A stretch of 64,000 nucleotides of DNA from an uncultured Pelagibacteraceae bacterium. Lineage in GTDB: Bacteria > Pseudomonadota > Alphaproteobacteria > Pelagibacterales > Pelagibacteraceae. The translations under genes and the position numbers were made by a program. Where the stretch lies: contig CACNIF010000003.1 in assembly GCA_902620465.1 (NCBI GenBank), forward strand, positions 49,767 to 113,766. Reading direction: 5' to 3'. Shown here piece after piece: positions 22,190 to 33,085 of the stretch. Below the pieces are notes generated by a model. It saw only the letters and a program-made list of their open reading frames with translations, made no database searches and was not told the DNA's origin. Position 1 is the stretch's first letter, and the number at the start of each line of letters is the position of its first letter.

Positions 22190-23848
22190 ATGAAAGATGA
22201 ATTTTTATTTTGTCCATTAGGTGGCTCTGGTGAGATAGGGATGAATATGAATTTATTTGGCTATGGTCAGCCAGGAGACCATAAATGGATTATGGTTGAT
22301 ATAGGTGTTACTTTTGCTGATGACACAGTTCCAGGTATTGATCTTATTTATCCAGATCCAGGGTTTATTCAGGAAAGAAAAGATAATCTATTAGGAATTG
22401 TCTTAACGCATGCTCACGAAGATCACATAGGTGCCGTAGCTCATTTATGGCCAAAATTTAAATGTAAACTTTATGCTACTCCTTTCACAGCTGTTTTAAT
22501 AAGAGAAAAATTTAGAGAAAAAAATATCGATATTACTAATGACTTACAAATTGTAGAACTAAACGGAAAGGTAAGTTTAAATCCTTTTGAGATTGAATAT
22601 ATAACTTTAACCCATTCTATTTTAGAACCTAATGGCCTGAGAATTCAAACACCAGCAGGAATTGTGCTACATACTGGTGACTGGAAAGTTGATCCAAACC
22701 CCTTGATAGGTGATGAGATTAATTCAAAGAGATTGAAAGAAATTGGTGATGAAGGTGTTCTGGCAATGATTTGTGACTCTACCAATGTATTTAGTGCTGG
22801 GCGTTCAGGTTCTGAATTAGATGTGAGAAAAAGTATGTTGAACATAATGAGTAGGCTGAAAAAAAGAATTATAATAACCTCATTTGCATCAAACGTTGCA
22901 AGAATGGAGTCAGCTTTTTATTGTGCAGAAAAAACAGGAAGACAAATTTCTTTAGTTGGTAGATCTATGCATAGAATATACAAAGCAGCTAGACAATGTG
23001 GATATCTTAAAAATACTATTGAACCAATAGATCCAAGAGAAGCAAAAAATTTTGCTAGAGAAAAAATTGTATATCTTTGTACAGGTAGCCAGGGTGAACC
23101 GATGGGAGCAATGATGAGAATTTCAAATTATACACATCCCGATTTATTTATTGAGAAAGGAGATGCAGTAATTTTTTCCTCAAAAATAATACCAGGAAAT
23201 GAAAAGAAACTTTACAAACTTCACAATCAATTAGTCAAGGACGGGATAGAGGTTATTTCAGAGGAGACTGAATTTATTCATGTTTCTGGGCATCCAAATA
23301 GAGAAGATTTAAAAGATATGTATGATTGGGTTAAACCAAAATGTGTAATTCCAGTTCATGGAGAACATAGACATATGATTGAGCATATTGCTTTTGCTAA
23401 AGAAATGCAGGTACCTTATCCTGTTCAAGTAGAAAATGGCGATATAGTAAAGTTAGCTCCAGGAGAATATCCAGAGGTTTATGATAAAGCTCCTAGTGGA
23501 AGACTATATTTGGATGGCAATGTAAGTGTTGAGGAAAACTCTCAATCTATAAAAGATAGAAAAAACTTAGGATCTAATGGTTATCTTGAAATAACTATTT
23601 TAATCACACCTAAAGGGAATATTCACAATAATCCAATAATAAACTTTAGAGGATTACCAATTTATGAAACAGATGAATTTATTTACTTATTAGAAGAAGA
23701 AATAGAGAAAACAGCAAAAACATTTAATATGGGAAATAAAAGTCAAAGACACAATCTTATAGATGCAATTAAAATTGCAGCTAGAAAATTTACAAAAGAA
23801 AAAACAGGCAAAAGACCTTTCACCAATATTAATTTAGTTGATATTTAA
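22190..23848 (+). CDS. rnj: Ribonuclease J
   Basis: PLGGSGEIGMNM, THAHEDHIG, TGSQGEP, HVSGH, PVHGE. Confidence 0.97.
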   Translation: MKDEFLFCPLGGSGEIGMNMNLFGYGQPGDHKWIMVDIGVTFADDTVPGIDLIYPDPGFIQERKDNLLGIVLTHAHEDHIGAVAHLWPKFKCKLYATPFTAVLIREKFREKNIDITNDLQIVELNGKVSLNPFEIEYITLTHSILEPNGLRIQTPAGIVLHTGDWKVDPNPLIGDEINSKRLKEIGDEGVLAMICDSTNVFSAGRSGSELDVRKSMLNIMSRLKKRIIITSFASNVARMESAFYCAEKTGRQISLVGRSMHRIYKAARQCGYLKNTIEPIDPREAKNFAREKIVYLCTGSQGEPMGAMMRISNYTHPDLFIEKGDAVIFSSKIIPGNEKKLYKLHNQLVKDGIEVISEETEFIHVSGHPNREDLKDMYDWVKPKCVIPVHGEHRHMIEHIAFAKEMQVPYPVQVENGDIVKLAPGEYPEVYDKAPSGRLYLDGNVSVEENSQSIKDRKNLGSNGYLEITILITPKGNIHNNPIINFRGLPIYETDEFIYLLEEEIEKTAKTFNMGNKSQRHNLIDAIKIAARKFTKEKTGKRPFTNINLVDI

Positions 23849-24093
23849 TGAGTGCTACCGGACTTGCTATAATATATATAATCATTTGGTGGATTGTCTT
23901 TTTTGCGATTTTACCTATTGATGTTGATAGAATAAAGATTGAAAAAATTGAAGGTGAGGATCCTGGATCACCAGAAAATCCTAAGATTTTAAAAAAATTC
24001 ATTTATTGCACTGGAATAACAACTATTTTATTCACAATTATATATTTGTTAATGAGGTTTGAATATTTAAACTTAAGAAATATAATCATCTAA
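23848..24093 (+). CDS. DUF1467-family small membrane protein
   Basis: YIIIWWIVFFAILP...DPGSPENP with two TM segments; usual alphaproteobacterial position before proS. Confidence 0.8.
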   Translation: MSATGLAIIYIIIWWIVFFAILPIDVDRIKIEKIEGEDPGSPENPKILKKFIYCTGITTILFTIIYLLMRFEYLNLRNIII

Positions 24094-24094
24094 C

Positions 24095-25429
24095 ATGCAT
24101 ATTTCAAAATCTTTTATTCCAATTTTAAAAAATAATCCCTCAGAGGCAAAAATTAAATCTCATCAATTAATGTTAAGAGTTGGTATGATAAAACAATCAT
24201 CAGCAGGTATATACTCCTGGTTACCACTTGGTTTCAAAGTTATGAAGAAAATTGAACAAATTGTAAGGGAAGAACAAGATGGGATTGGAGTTCAAGAAAT
24301 TTTAATGCCAACAATACAATCTAGTGAAATTTGGAAAGAAAGCGGAAGATATAAAGATTATGGTGAGGAAATGCTGAGAATAAAAGATCGTCAAAATCGT
24401 GAAATGTTGTATGGCCCTACAAATGAGGAATTGATAACAGATATATTTAGAACCTCGATTAAATCTTACAAATCCCTTCCACAACTTTTATATCATATTC
24501 AATGGAAATTCAGAGATGAAATCAGACCAAGATTTGGGATAATGAGATGTAGAGAGTTCTACATGAAAGATGCTTACTCTTTCGATATATCTGACGAAGA
24601 AGCACTTTTTTCTTATAATAAATTTTTCTTGTCATATCTTAAAACATTTAAAAAATTAAATTTAAAAGCTATTCCAATGGCAGCAGATACGGGTCCAATT
24701 GGAGGAAGTTTATCTCATGAATTCATTATTTTAGCTGAAACTGGCGAAAGTAAAATTTTTACTGACAAAAGAATTTTTGATTTAAGTATAGACAATGCAA
24801 AATTAGAGAAAGAATCTCTGGCAAATATGAGAAAAGAATATGAACAATATTATTCAGTTACCGATGAAAAATTTGATAAGACTGAATTTGAAAAAAAAGT
24901 TTCTGAAAACAATAGATTAATAACAAAAGGAATTGAAGTTGGTCATATATTCTATTTTGGAGATAAATATTCTAAACCAATGAGTGCGTCGGTTGATTTA
25001 CCAGGTGGAAAAAAAGATTTTGTTAAAATGGGTTCTTACGGCATAGGAGTTTCTAGATTAGTAGGCGCAATAATAGAGGCAAAATATGATGAAAAAAATG
25101 AAGTCATGAAATGGCCAATTTCTATTGCTCCTTATCACGTTGCGATAATTCCAATGATCAACAAAAATGATAATTCACAATTAGATAAAGCTAATAATAT
25201 CTTACTAGAACTTGAAAAAAATAATATTGAGGCAATAATTGATGATACTGATGAAAATATCTCATCAAAAATTAAAAAGATGAATTTAATAGGTGCACCT
25301 TTTCAAATTATAATTGGTAAACAGGTTGAAGGCAATAAATTAGAGTTTAAAGAAGTTGATGGAGCATCTCAAAAAATTGAATTAAAAGATATCATTAAGA
25401 TAATTAATAAACAAAAAGTAAACAATTGA
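24095..25429 (+). CDS. proS: Proline--tRNA ligase (short type without INS editing domain)
   Basis: SHQLMLR, FRDEIRPRFG, REFYMKDAYSF, GIEVGHIF, MGSYGIGVSRL; 444 aa. Confidence 0.98.
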   Translation: MHISKSFIPILKNNPSEAKIKSHQLMLRVGMIKQSSAGIYSWLPLGFKVMKKIEQIVREEQDGIGVQEILMPTIQSSEIWKESGRYKDYGEEMLRIKDRQNREMLYGPTNEELITDIFRTSIKSYKSLPQLLYHIQWKFRDEIRPRFGIMRCREFYMKDAYSFDISDEEALFSYNKFFLSYLKTFKKLNLKAIPMAADTGPIGGSLSHEFIILAETGESKIFTDKRIFDLSIDNAKLEKESLANMRKEYEQYYSVTDEKFDKTEFEKKVSENNRLITKGIEVGHIFYFGDKYSKPMSASVDLPGGKKDFVKMGSYGIGVSRLVGAIIEAKYDEKNEVMKWPISIAPYHVAIIPMINKNDNSQLDKANNILLELEKNNIEAIIDDTDENISSKIKKMNLIGAPFQIIIGKQVEGNKLEFKEVDGASQKIELKDIIKIINKQKVNN

Positions 25430-26658
25430 TTTCTCGATTAGAAAAAGAGATTACATTTAGATTTTTAAAAGCCAGAAAGAAAGATGGTTTTCTAAATATC
25501 ATTTCAATTTTTTCATTTATTGGAATTGGGCTTGGTGTTGCTGTTTTAATAGTTGTTATGTCCGTTATGAATGGTTTTAGAACAGAATTGGTAAATAAGA
25601 TTATTGGTTTTAATGCCCATATGACAGTTAAGCCTTATGAAAACAAAATTGCAAAAGAAAAATTAGATAACCAAAACTTAAAATCAATTTCTGAAAGTTT
25701 AATTTTTAGTAATTCAGGTGAGGGAATTATGATCAAAAAAGATATTACCAAAGGTATTCTTTTAAGGGGATATTTTGAAAAAGATTTTTCTAAATTAGAC
25801 ATTGTTAACAATGGAAATTTTTTAGGCAGTGAAAATGGATTATCAAATAATTTTATATCTATAAGTAAAGAATTAAGTTTTTCTCTAAACTTAGAGATTG
25901 GTGATGAGATTACATTGATGTCTTCATCTGGTGTACAAACAATTATTGGTAATCTTCCTAAGCAAAAAAAATTTACAGTAGCTTCACTTTTTGATAGTGG
26001 TGTAATTGATTTTGACAATAATGTTGCTTTTATAAATCTTGTCACACTCGAGGAGTTTTTTAATTTAAAACCAAAAGTCCGTAACTTAGAGATTTATTTA
26101 AATAACCCTAAAAATATTGAATATCAAAAAACTTTAGTTCAAAAAATTTTTACCAATGAATTCATTTATACTTGGTCTGATATGAATAAATCTTTGTTTT
26201 CAGCATTAAAAGTCGAAAGAAATGTTATGTTTATAATTTTAACATTAATTATAATCGTTGCAGCTTTTAACATAATTTCTGGTTTAACAATATTAGTAAA
26301 AAATAAAACAAAAGAAATTGCTATACTTAAATCGATTGGTGTTCTTAATAAATCAATTGTAAAAATTTTTTTCTTAATTGGTGTGATTATAGGAACTTCA
26401 GCAACAATCTTTGGTATAATCTTAGGGATTACTTTTTCTATTTATGTAGAAAATTTGAGACAATTTCTAAGTGAATTTTTTAACATAAGCTTATTTCCTG
26501 AGGAAATATATTTTTTAAGCTCGATGCCTTCAGAAATTAATTCAATTTCTATACTAATTATTTCTGCTTGTTCAATTTTGATAACTATTTTGGTATCAAT
26601 ATTTCCAGCATTTAAAGCTGCAAAACTTGATCCGATAAAATCCCTTAAATATGAGTAA
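25426..26658 (+). CDS. lolE: Lipoprotein-releasing ABC transporter permease (LolC/E family)
   Basis: VMSVMNGF, VAAFNIISGL, EIAILKSIG, AAKLDPIKSLKYE; TTG start overlaps proS stop. Confidence 0.93.
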   Translation: MISRLEKEITFRFLKARKKDGFLNIISIFSFIGIGLGVAVLIVVMSVMNGFRTELVNKIIGFNAHMTVKPYENKIAKEKLDNQNLKSISESLIFSNSGEGIMIKKDITKGILLRGYFEKDFSKLDIVNNGNFLGSENGLSNNFISISKELSFSLNLEIGDEITLMSSSGVQTIIGNLPKQKKFTVASLFDSGVIDFDNNVAFINLVTLEEFFNLKPKVRNLEIYLNNPKNIEYQKTLVQKIFTNEFIYTWSDMNKSLFSALKVERNVMFIILTLIIIVAAFNIISGLTILVKNKTKEIAILKSIGVLNKSIVKIFFLIGVIIGTSATIFGIILGITFSIYVENLRQFLSEFFNISLFPEEIYFLSSMPSEINSISILIISACSILITILVSIFPAFKAAKLDPIKSLKYE

Positions 26659-27334
26659 TCTGATTAAAATTTCTAAATTAAATAAATCATTCGAAGGAAT
26701 AAAAAAGATCAATGTTCTGAAAAGTATTTCTTATAATTTTAAAAAAGGTAAAATATATTCTTTGATAGGCCCATCGGGTTCAGGTAAGTCAACATTACTC
26801 AATTTACTTTCTTTAATTGATAGACCTACTTTAGGTTCAATCATATTTGAAAATAAAAAGATAAATTATAATGATACTAATGAAAATGATATTTTAAGAG
26901 CAAATAAAATCGGAATTATTTACCAACAAGATAATTTGCTTCCAGATTTTACTTCATTGGAGAATATTTATTTAGCAGCTTTAGCTGGTGGTAATAATGA
27001 GAAAATTGCATTTAATAAGGCAAAAGATTTATTAAAAAAAGTTGGGCTGATTAATAGATCAGATCATTATCCTTCACAATTATCTGGCGGTGAAAAACAG
27101 AGAATCTCAATTGCAAGAGCAGTGGTCAATAATCCTCAAGTAATTTTAGCTGATGAGCCAACTGGAAGTTTAGATTTACAAACAGCAAAAGAAATTTTTA
27201 GACTTTTAAAAAATCAGATAAATAAAGAAAGATTAATAATATTTGCAACTCATAATAGATTTTTTGCTAATAAGGCTGATTGCTTATTGGAAATAACTAA
27301 TGGTAGTATAAAAACCATTAATGCTCGAGTCTAA
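26651..27334 (+). CDS. lolD: Lipoprotein-releasing ABC transporter ATPase
   Basis: GPSGSGKSTLL, LSGGEKQR, LADEPTGSLD; follows LolC/E permease. Confidence 0.93.
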   Translation: MSNLIKISKLNKSFEGIKKINVLKSISYNFKKGKIYSLIGPSGSGKSTLLNLLSLIDRPTLGSIIFENKKINYNDTNENDILRANKIGIIYQQDNLLPDFTSLENIYLAALAGGNNEKIAFNKAKDLLKKVGLINRSDHYPSQLSGGEKQRISIARAVVNNPQVILADEPTGSLDLQTAKEIFRLLKNQINKERLIIFATHNRFFANKADCLLEITNGSIKTINARV

Positions 27335-30300
27335 ATTTCAAAAATTTAATCATCTAAAAATACACACTCAATATTCTATTTGCGAAGGCGCAATAAAAAT
27401 AGATGAAATTAAAGAATCATCAAAAGAAAATAAGATTAAGTCTTTAGCTATATGCGATACATCAAATTTATGTGGTGCACTAGAATTTTCAGATAAACTA
27501 TCTAAAATTGGTACTCAACCAATAATAGGAACTCAAATTAATTTTAAATATGAGGAAACTATAGGTCTAATTCCACTTTTTGCAATGAATGAGACAGGTT
27601 ACAAAAGAATTATTGAACTTTCCTCTTTATCTTACTTAGATAACAATGAGTTATCTGAGCCCAATGTTCCTTTTGACGAATTACTAAAAAAAGACAAAGG
27701 TGTTGCTATTTTTTCAGGAACTGTATTTGGCTTATTTGGGAATTTATTTGATAAAGGCAAGTATTCGGATATTGAAAAATTATATTCAAAACTCAAATCA
27801 ATTTATAACGATAGATTTTATATTGAATTACAAAGACATGGAGATCGTAATGAAGATAGTTTTGAAAAAATGAATTTAAAGAGATCTAATGATTTAGAAA
27901 TTCCTTTGATTGCAACAAATGAGACTTTTTATATTGATAAAGACATGCACGAAGCGCATGACGCACTAATTTGTATTAAGAACAAGACATATATACAGGA
28001 AAAAAATAGAGTAAGATTTAGTAATAAGCATTATTTAAGAGATGATAAAGAAATGTATGAATTATTTTCTGATATTCCTGAGGCACTTGAAAATAATTAT
28101 AATTTTCCTTATAGATGTAGCTATAAACCCTCATTCTCAAAACCTATTTTACCCAATATTAGTTCTGAAAAAGATGGAAATGCAGATGATATTCTCAAAA
28201 AAAATTCATTATCTGGATTAAAAGATAAATTCATAAAAGTTTTTAGAAAAGATATTAATAATTTAACTTTTGACAAAGATTATCAAAAATACCTTGATAG
28301 ACTTAATCATGAATTAAATATTATTACTGAAATGAGATATTCAAGTTATTTTTTGATTGTATCCGATTATATTAAGTGGGCAAAAAAAAACGATATACCT
28401 GTGGGTCCTGGAAGAGGTTCGGGCGCTGGATCATTAGTTGCTTGGTGTCTTTCGATAACAGATGTCGACCCAATTAAATTTAATTTAATATTTGAGAGAT
28501 TTTTAAATCCTGATCGTATATCTATGCCTGATTTTGATATTGATTTTTGTGAGGAAAAAAGAGATTTGGTTTTTGAGTATCTTACAAAAAAATACAAAGA
28601 CAGCGTTGCACATATTATTACTTTTGGAAAGTTAAAAGCTAGAATGGTATTACGAGATGTAGGTCGTGTAATGGGTTTGTCTTATGGTTTCGTTGATGGT
28701 ATCTCAAAAATGATTCCATTTGATCCCTCAAGACCTCAAAATTTAACAGAATGCATAGCTGGAGAGCCAAGACTTCAAAAGTTGATTAATGAAGATCCTA
28801 GAGTTAAAAAATTAATTGATTTATCTTTGAAACTAGAGGGACTAAATAGAAATGTCGCTACTCATGCGGCTGGTGTTGTTATAGCTGATAAAAAATTAAC
28901 AGATGTAGTACCGTTATATAAAGACAACACAGCAGACTTACTTTTGCCTTCAACACAATTTGATATGTATTCTGCTGAAAACGCTGGATTAATAAAATTT
29001 GATTTTTTAGGTCTAAAAACTTTGACAGTAATAAATAATACTCAAAATATTATAAGGAAAAAAAATAAAGATTTTGAAATAGAAAATATTAATTATGATG
29101 ACCAAAAAGTTTTTGATCTTTTATCTTCAGGTAAAACAGTTGGATTATTCCAAATTGAAAGTGCTGGAATGAGGGAAGCGCTTATTCAAATGAGGCCAAA
29201 CCACATTGAGGATATTATTGCGCTAGTGGCACTATATAGACCTGGTCCTATGAGTAATATACCAATTTACAATGATTGTAAGCATGGAAAACAAAAACCA
29301 GATTATCTTCATCCATTATTAGAGGAAATCCTTAAGCCAACCTATGGCGTTATAATATATCAAGAACAAGTAATGCAAATAGCACAAAAATTGTCAGGCT
29401 ATACCGCGGGCCAAGCAGATATATTAAGAAGAGCAATGGGAAAGAAAAAAAGAGCTGAATTAGAAAGACAAAAACAAAGTTTTATCTCTGGTGCTGTAAA
29501 AAATGGTATTAGCAAAGAAGTTGCAGCTGGTATATTTTTAAAGATAGAACCATTTGCAGAATATGGATTTAACAAAAGTCACGCTGCAGCCTATGCAATA
29601 ATTTCTTATCAAACAGCTTATTTAAAAACATATTTTCCTAAAGAATTTATAGCTGCTTCAATGACTATGGATATTTCAAATCAAAACAAATTAAGTGAGT
29701 TTTATGAAGAACTCAAGAGACTTGATATAGAGATTAAAAGGCCTGATATAAATGAGTGTTTTGCAGATTTTAGAAATGACGACCAAAAATTTTATTATGC
29801 ACTAGGAGGTATTAAAGCAGTTGGTTATGAAGCAGTTTCAAATATTGTTAAAGAGAGAACAAAGAATGGTAAATTTAAATCAATTAATGATTTTTTAAAT
29901 AGAATTAACCCAAAAGATATAAATAAACTTCAGCTAGAGGGATTGGTAAAAGCTGGTGCTTTTGATTGTTTAAATGAAAACAGACAATCCCTATTTAATT
30001 CTATCCCCAACTTTATAACAAAATCAAAAAATATTTTTGAGAATAAATCAGCAAATCAAATTGATCTTTTTGGAGAAAGTGAAAATAAAAATGACGATTT
30101 AATATCCAATATAAAAGATTGGAAATTCGAAGAAAGATTATCGAAAGAATTTGAGGCAGTTGGTTTTTTTATATCCGATCATCCACTAAACCAATTTAAA
30201 GAAATTTTTAATGATTATAACATAATTGATTATCAAAAATTTAATAATAAAGATAAGACAAATGACTCAAACATAGCCGCTACTTTGCTTAAAGTTCAAG

Positions 30301-30737
30301 AAAGAAAAACATCCAAAGGTAATGCCTATGCAATATTGAAATTAACCGATCTTTCAAGCGTATTTGAATTATTTATATTTTCTGAAATTTTAGAATCTAA
30401 CAGGAACATTTTAAAAGAGGGTAATTCATTAATATTAACTGTCATCAAATCTTTATCAGATGAAAATAATAGATTTAAAAGAATAAATGTAAAAAAAATT
30501 GCCTCTCTTAAAGATTTATTAAATAATCCTATTAAAAATATTACTTTTAACCTTAATTCTTTTAAAGATTTGAATGAATTATCAAAATTTTTAGTTGATC
30601 CTGGAGACACAAAAATCAAAATTAAAATTAACGAAAATAATAAAAGTTTCGATTTTCATTTACAAAACGGCAGAAAATTAGATAGAAAAACAGTTAATCT
30701 ATTAAGAAACAAGGAAATATCAGCAATAATTCATTAA
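27321..30737 (+). CDS. dnaE: DNA polymerase III alpha subunit
   Basis: PHP domain HTQYS, GPGRGSGAGS, FERFLNPDRISMPDFDIDF, YGFNKSHAAAY; no intein-sized insertion. Confidence 0.99.
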   Translation: MLESKFQKFNHLKIHTQYSICEGAIKIDEIKESSKENKIKSLAICDTSNLCGALEFSDKLSKIGTQPIIGTQINFKYEETIGLIPLFAMNETGYKRIIELSSLSYLDNNELSEPNVPFDELLKKDKGVAIFSGTVFGLFGNLFDKGKYSDIEKLYSKLKSIYNDRFYIELQRHGDRNEDSFEKMNLKRSNDLEIPLIATNETFYIDKDMHEAHDALICIKNKTYIQEKNRVRFSNKHYLRDDKEMYELFSDIPEALENNYNFPYRCSYKPSFSKPILPNISSEKDGNADDILKKNSLSGLKDKFIKVFRKDINNLTFDKDYQKYLDRLNHELNIITEMRYSSYFLIVSDYIKWAKKNDIPVGPGRGSGAGSLVAWCLSITDVDPIKFNLIFERFLNPDRISMPDFDIDFCEEKRDLVFEYLTKKYKDSVAHIITFGKLKARMVLRDVGRVMGLSYGFVDGISKMIPFDPSRPQNLTECIAGEPRLQKLINEDPRVKKLIDLSLKLEGLNRNVATHAAGVVIADKKLTDVVPLYKDNTADLLLPSTQFDMYSAENAGLIKFDFLGLKTLTVINNTQNIIRKKNKDFEIENINYDDQKVFDLLSSGKTVGLFQIESAGMREALIQMRPNHIEDIIALVALYRPGPMSNIPIYNDCKHGKQKPDYLHPLLEEILKPTYGVIIYQEQVMQIAQKLSGYTAGQADILRRAMGKKKRAELERQKQSFISGAVKNGISKEVAAGIFLKIEPFAEYGFNKSHAAAYAIISYQTAYLKTYFPKEFIAASMTMDISNQNKLSEFYEELKRLDIEIKRPDINECFADFRNDDQKFYYALGGIKAVGYEAVSNIVKERTKNGKFKSINDFLNRINPKDINKLQLEGLVKAGAFDCLNENRQSLFNSIPNFITKSKNIFENKSANQIDLFGESENKNDDLISNIKDWKFEERLSKEFEAVGFFISDHPLNQFKEIFNDYNIIDYQKFNNKDKTNDSNIAATLLKVQERKTSKGNAYAILKLTDLSSVFELFIFSEILESNRNILKEGNSLILTVIKSLSDENNRFKRINVKKIASLKDLLNNPIKNITFNLNSFKDLNELSKFLVDPGDTKIKIKINENNKSFDFHLQNGRKLDRKTVNLLRNKEISAIIH

Positions 30738-30790
30738 ATTGTACTTGTTTATTGTAAAAAATATTTGTAAATATTCGCAAAATAATTAAA

Positions 30791-30860
30791 ACGCACACAG
30801 TTTTTGGTTTTATACCTCCGGTCCTTAATTGGAAATTACTGTGGTGGCTTAACCGGGAAT
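30791..30860 (+). ncRNA. rpsB leader cis-regulatory RNA (S2 autoregulation element)
   Basis: GC-enriched 5' UTR with stem CACAGT(30796-30801)/ACTGTG(30838-30843), inner hairpins GGT-TTTAT-ACC and TCC-TTAATT-GGA, and pseudoknot CCGG(30818-30821)/CCGG(30853-30856); resembles the rpsB motif described for Pelagibacter. Confidence 0.75.
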
Positions 30861-30864
30861 AAAT

Positions 30865-31680
30865 ATGAAAATACCAAATGTTACAATACAACAATTATTA
30901 GAAGCTGGTGTCCATTTAGGACACAAAACTTTAAGATGGAATCCAAAAATGAAAAAATACATTTTTGGAAAAAGAGACTCAATACACATAATTGACTTAA
31001 CACAAACATTACAACTTACCAAAATAGCTCTAGAAAAAGTTTATGAAACTATTTCAAATAATGGAAAAATACTCTTTGTTTCAACAAAGAAACAAGCTTC
31101 TGAGGCAATTGCTGAAGTTGCAAAAGAAACTGACCAATACTTTGTAAATTACAGATGGTTAGGTGGAATGTTAACTAATTGGGGAACAATTTCAAACTCA
31201 ATTAAAAAACTCAAGAAATTAGAAGTTGATTTAAATTCTGAAAATAGAGGTTTTACAAAAAAAGAACTTTTAAAAATGAGTGTTAAAAGGGATAAACTTC
31301 AAAGGTCATTAGGAGGAATTTCAGAGATGAAAAAAATTCCTGATCTAGTCTTTATTATAGACACAAATTATGAGTCTTTAGCAATCCAGGAGTCTTCTAA
31401 ATTAAGTATACCAATTATAGCTATCCTTGATAGCAACTCTAATCCTGATGGCATTGATTTTCCTATACCTGGAAACGATGACGCAAGAAGATCAATTGAT
31501 CTTTATTGTTCTCTTATAAAAGAAACAATCATTAGCGCTAAAAAAGAAAATCCAACTACTGAAATGAAAATATCTGTTGATACAGCTCCTGAGAAAAAAA
31601 CAGATAAAACTAGACAAGAAATTGATAGAGAAAAACTGGATAAAAAATTCTCCAAAAAAAGTAAAGAAAAATTAAATTGA
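30865..31680 (+). CDS. rpsB: 30S ribosomal protein S2
   Basis: [31 protein letters not shown]. Confidence 0.99.
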   Translation: MKIPNVTIQQLLEAGVHLGHKTLRWNPKMKKYIFGKRDSIHIIDLTQTLQLTKIALEKVYETISNNGKILFVSTKKQASEAIAEVAKETDQYFVNYRWLGGMLTNWGTISNSIKKLKKLEVDLNSENRGFTKKELLKMSVKRDKLQRSLGGISEMKKIPDLVFIIDTNYESLAIQESSKLSIPIIAILDSNSNPDGIDFPIPGNDDARRSIDLYCSLIKETIISAKKENPTTEMKISVDTAPEKKTDKTRQEIDREKLDKKFSKKSKEKLN

Positions 31681-31681
31681 T

Positions 31682-32533
31682 ATGAGTGATATAGAGAAGG
31701 TAAAACAACTCAGAGAAGCAACAGGAGCTGGATTTAAAGACTGTAATCTAGCAATTAAAGAGTCTAATGGTGATTTAGACAAAGCAGTTGAAATATTGAG
31801 AATAAAAGGAATTTCAAAAGCTTCAAAAAAAATGTCGAGAGAGGCCAAAGAGGGTGTAGTTGCTATAAGTGGCGATAATAAAAAAACTTCAATAATTGAA
31901 GTTAATTGTGAAACTGATTTTGTTGCTAAAAATGAAAATTTTATCAGTTTTGTAAAAGAGCTAAGTGATCTTAATAATGAAAAAAATTCGAATATTGAGG
32001 AACTTAATAACACTCTAATGCAGAATGGAAAATCAGTTAATGATAATCTTGTAGCCTTGATAGCTAAAATTGGTGAAAAAATTACTATAGGTAAAACAAA
32101 AACAATCTCAAATAATTCATCAACTAATTTCCAATATCTTCATACAGTAGTAAAGGATAATCTTGGAAAGTTAGCAGTTGTTGTTTCTTTAGAAACAAAA
32201 GATATCTCCGATACGGTAAAAAATTTTGGTAAACAATTATCCATGCACATAGCTGCATCAAATCCTTTAGCCTTAGAGGCAAATTTAATAGATAAAGAAA
32301 TATTGGACAAAGAACAAGAGCTAGTAAATGAAGAACTTAAAAATTCTGGCAAACCTGATGAAATAGCTAAAAAAATTAGTTTAGGTAAAATGAATAAATT
32401 TAAAGAAGAAAATGCTCTTATGACTCAAGCTTGGGTTATGGAGCCAAAAAAAAAAGTTAAAGACATTATTAAAGAACTTTCAATTCATGATTTAAAGATT
32501 AGAGAGTTTAGCAGAATCAAAATAGGCGAATAA
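31682..32533 (+). CDS. tsf: Elongation factor Ts
   Basis: [26 protein letters not shown]. Confidence 0.99.
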   Translation: MSDIEKVKQLREATGAGFKDCNLAIKESNGDLDKAVEILRIKGISKASKKMSREAKEGVVAISGDNKKTSIIEVNCETDFVAKNENFISFVKELSDLNNEKNSNIEELNNTLMQNGKSVNDNLVALIAKIGEKITIGKTKTISNNSSTNFQYLHTVVKDNLGKLAVVVSLETKDISDTVKNFGKQLSMHIAASNPLALEANLIDKEILDKEQELVNEELKNSGKPDEIAKKISLGKMNKFKEENALMTQAWVMEPKKKVKDIIKELSIHDLKIREFSRIKIGE

Positions 32534-33085
32534 ATGTTTGATGAAAAATCACATAGCCTTAAAATGGATAAAGCAATTAAAGTTTTTTCTAAGGAACTAT
32601 CATCATTAAGAACAGGTAGAGCGAATGCCTCAATGCTTGATACTATAAAAGTTGACGTTTATGGACAAAAAATGCCTATTAATCAAATAGGCAGCATAAC
32701 AACACCAGAACCAAGAATTATAAATATTCAAGTATGGGATCAAAGCAACGTAGCTTTGATCGATGCAGCAATTAAAAAATCTGAATTAGGTTTAAATCCA
32801 CAAATAGACGGTCAACTAATACGATTACCTATCCCTGAGCTAAATGAAGAGCGAAGAACAGATTTAAAAAAATTAATTAAATCAATGGGAGAAAAATGTA
32901 AAGTCTCGATTAGAAATATTCGAAGAGATGCTAATGATGAATTAAAAAAACTTTTGAAAACAAAAGAAATAGGTGAAGATGAAGAGAAGACTTTTGAAAA
33001 AAATGTTCAAAACATTACAGACAAACATATTCAAATTGTAGATGAAAAAGTCGCAACAAAAGAAAAAGAAATAATGACCATATGA
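32534..33085 (+). CDS. frr: Ribosome recycling factor
   Basis: LRTGRAN, LGLNP, PELNEERR, VSIRNIRRD. Confidence 0.99.
   Translation: MFDEKSHSLKMDKAIKVFSKELSSLRTGRANASMLDTIKVDVYGQKMPINQIGSITTPEPRIINIQVWDQSNVALIDAAIKKSELGLNPQIDGQLIRLPIPELNEERRTDLKKLIKSMGEKCKVSIRNIRRDANDELKKLLKTKEIGEDEEKTFEKNVQNITDKHIQIVDEKVATKEKEIMTI

Noticed and set aside
30804-30995. 63-aa ORF over the rpsB leader, considered as a leader peptide
   Set aside because: It overlaps rpsB out of frame from a non-ATG start; the region is better explained by the structured leader RNA
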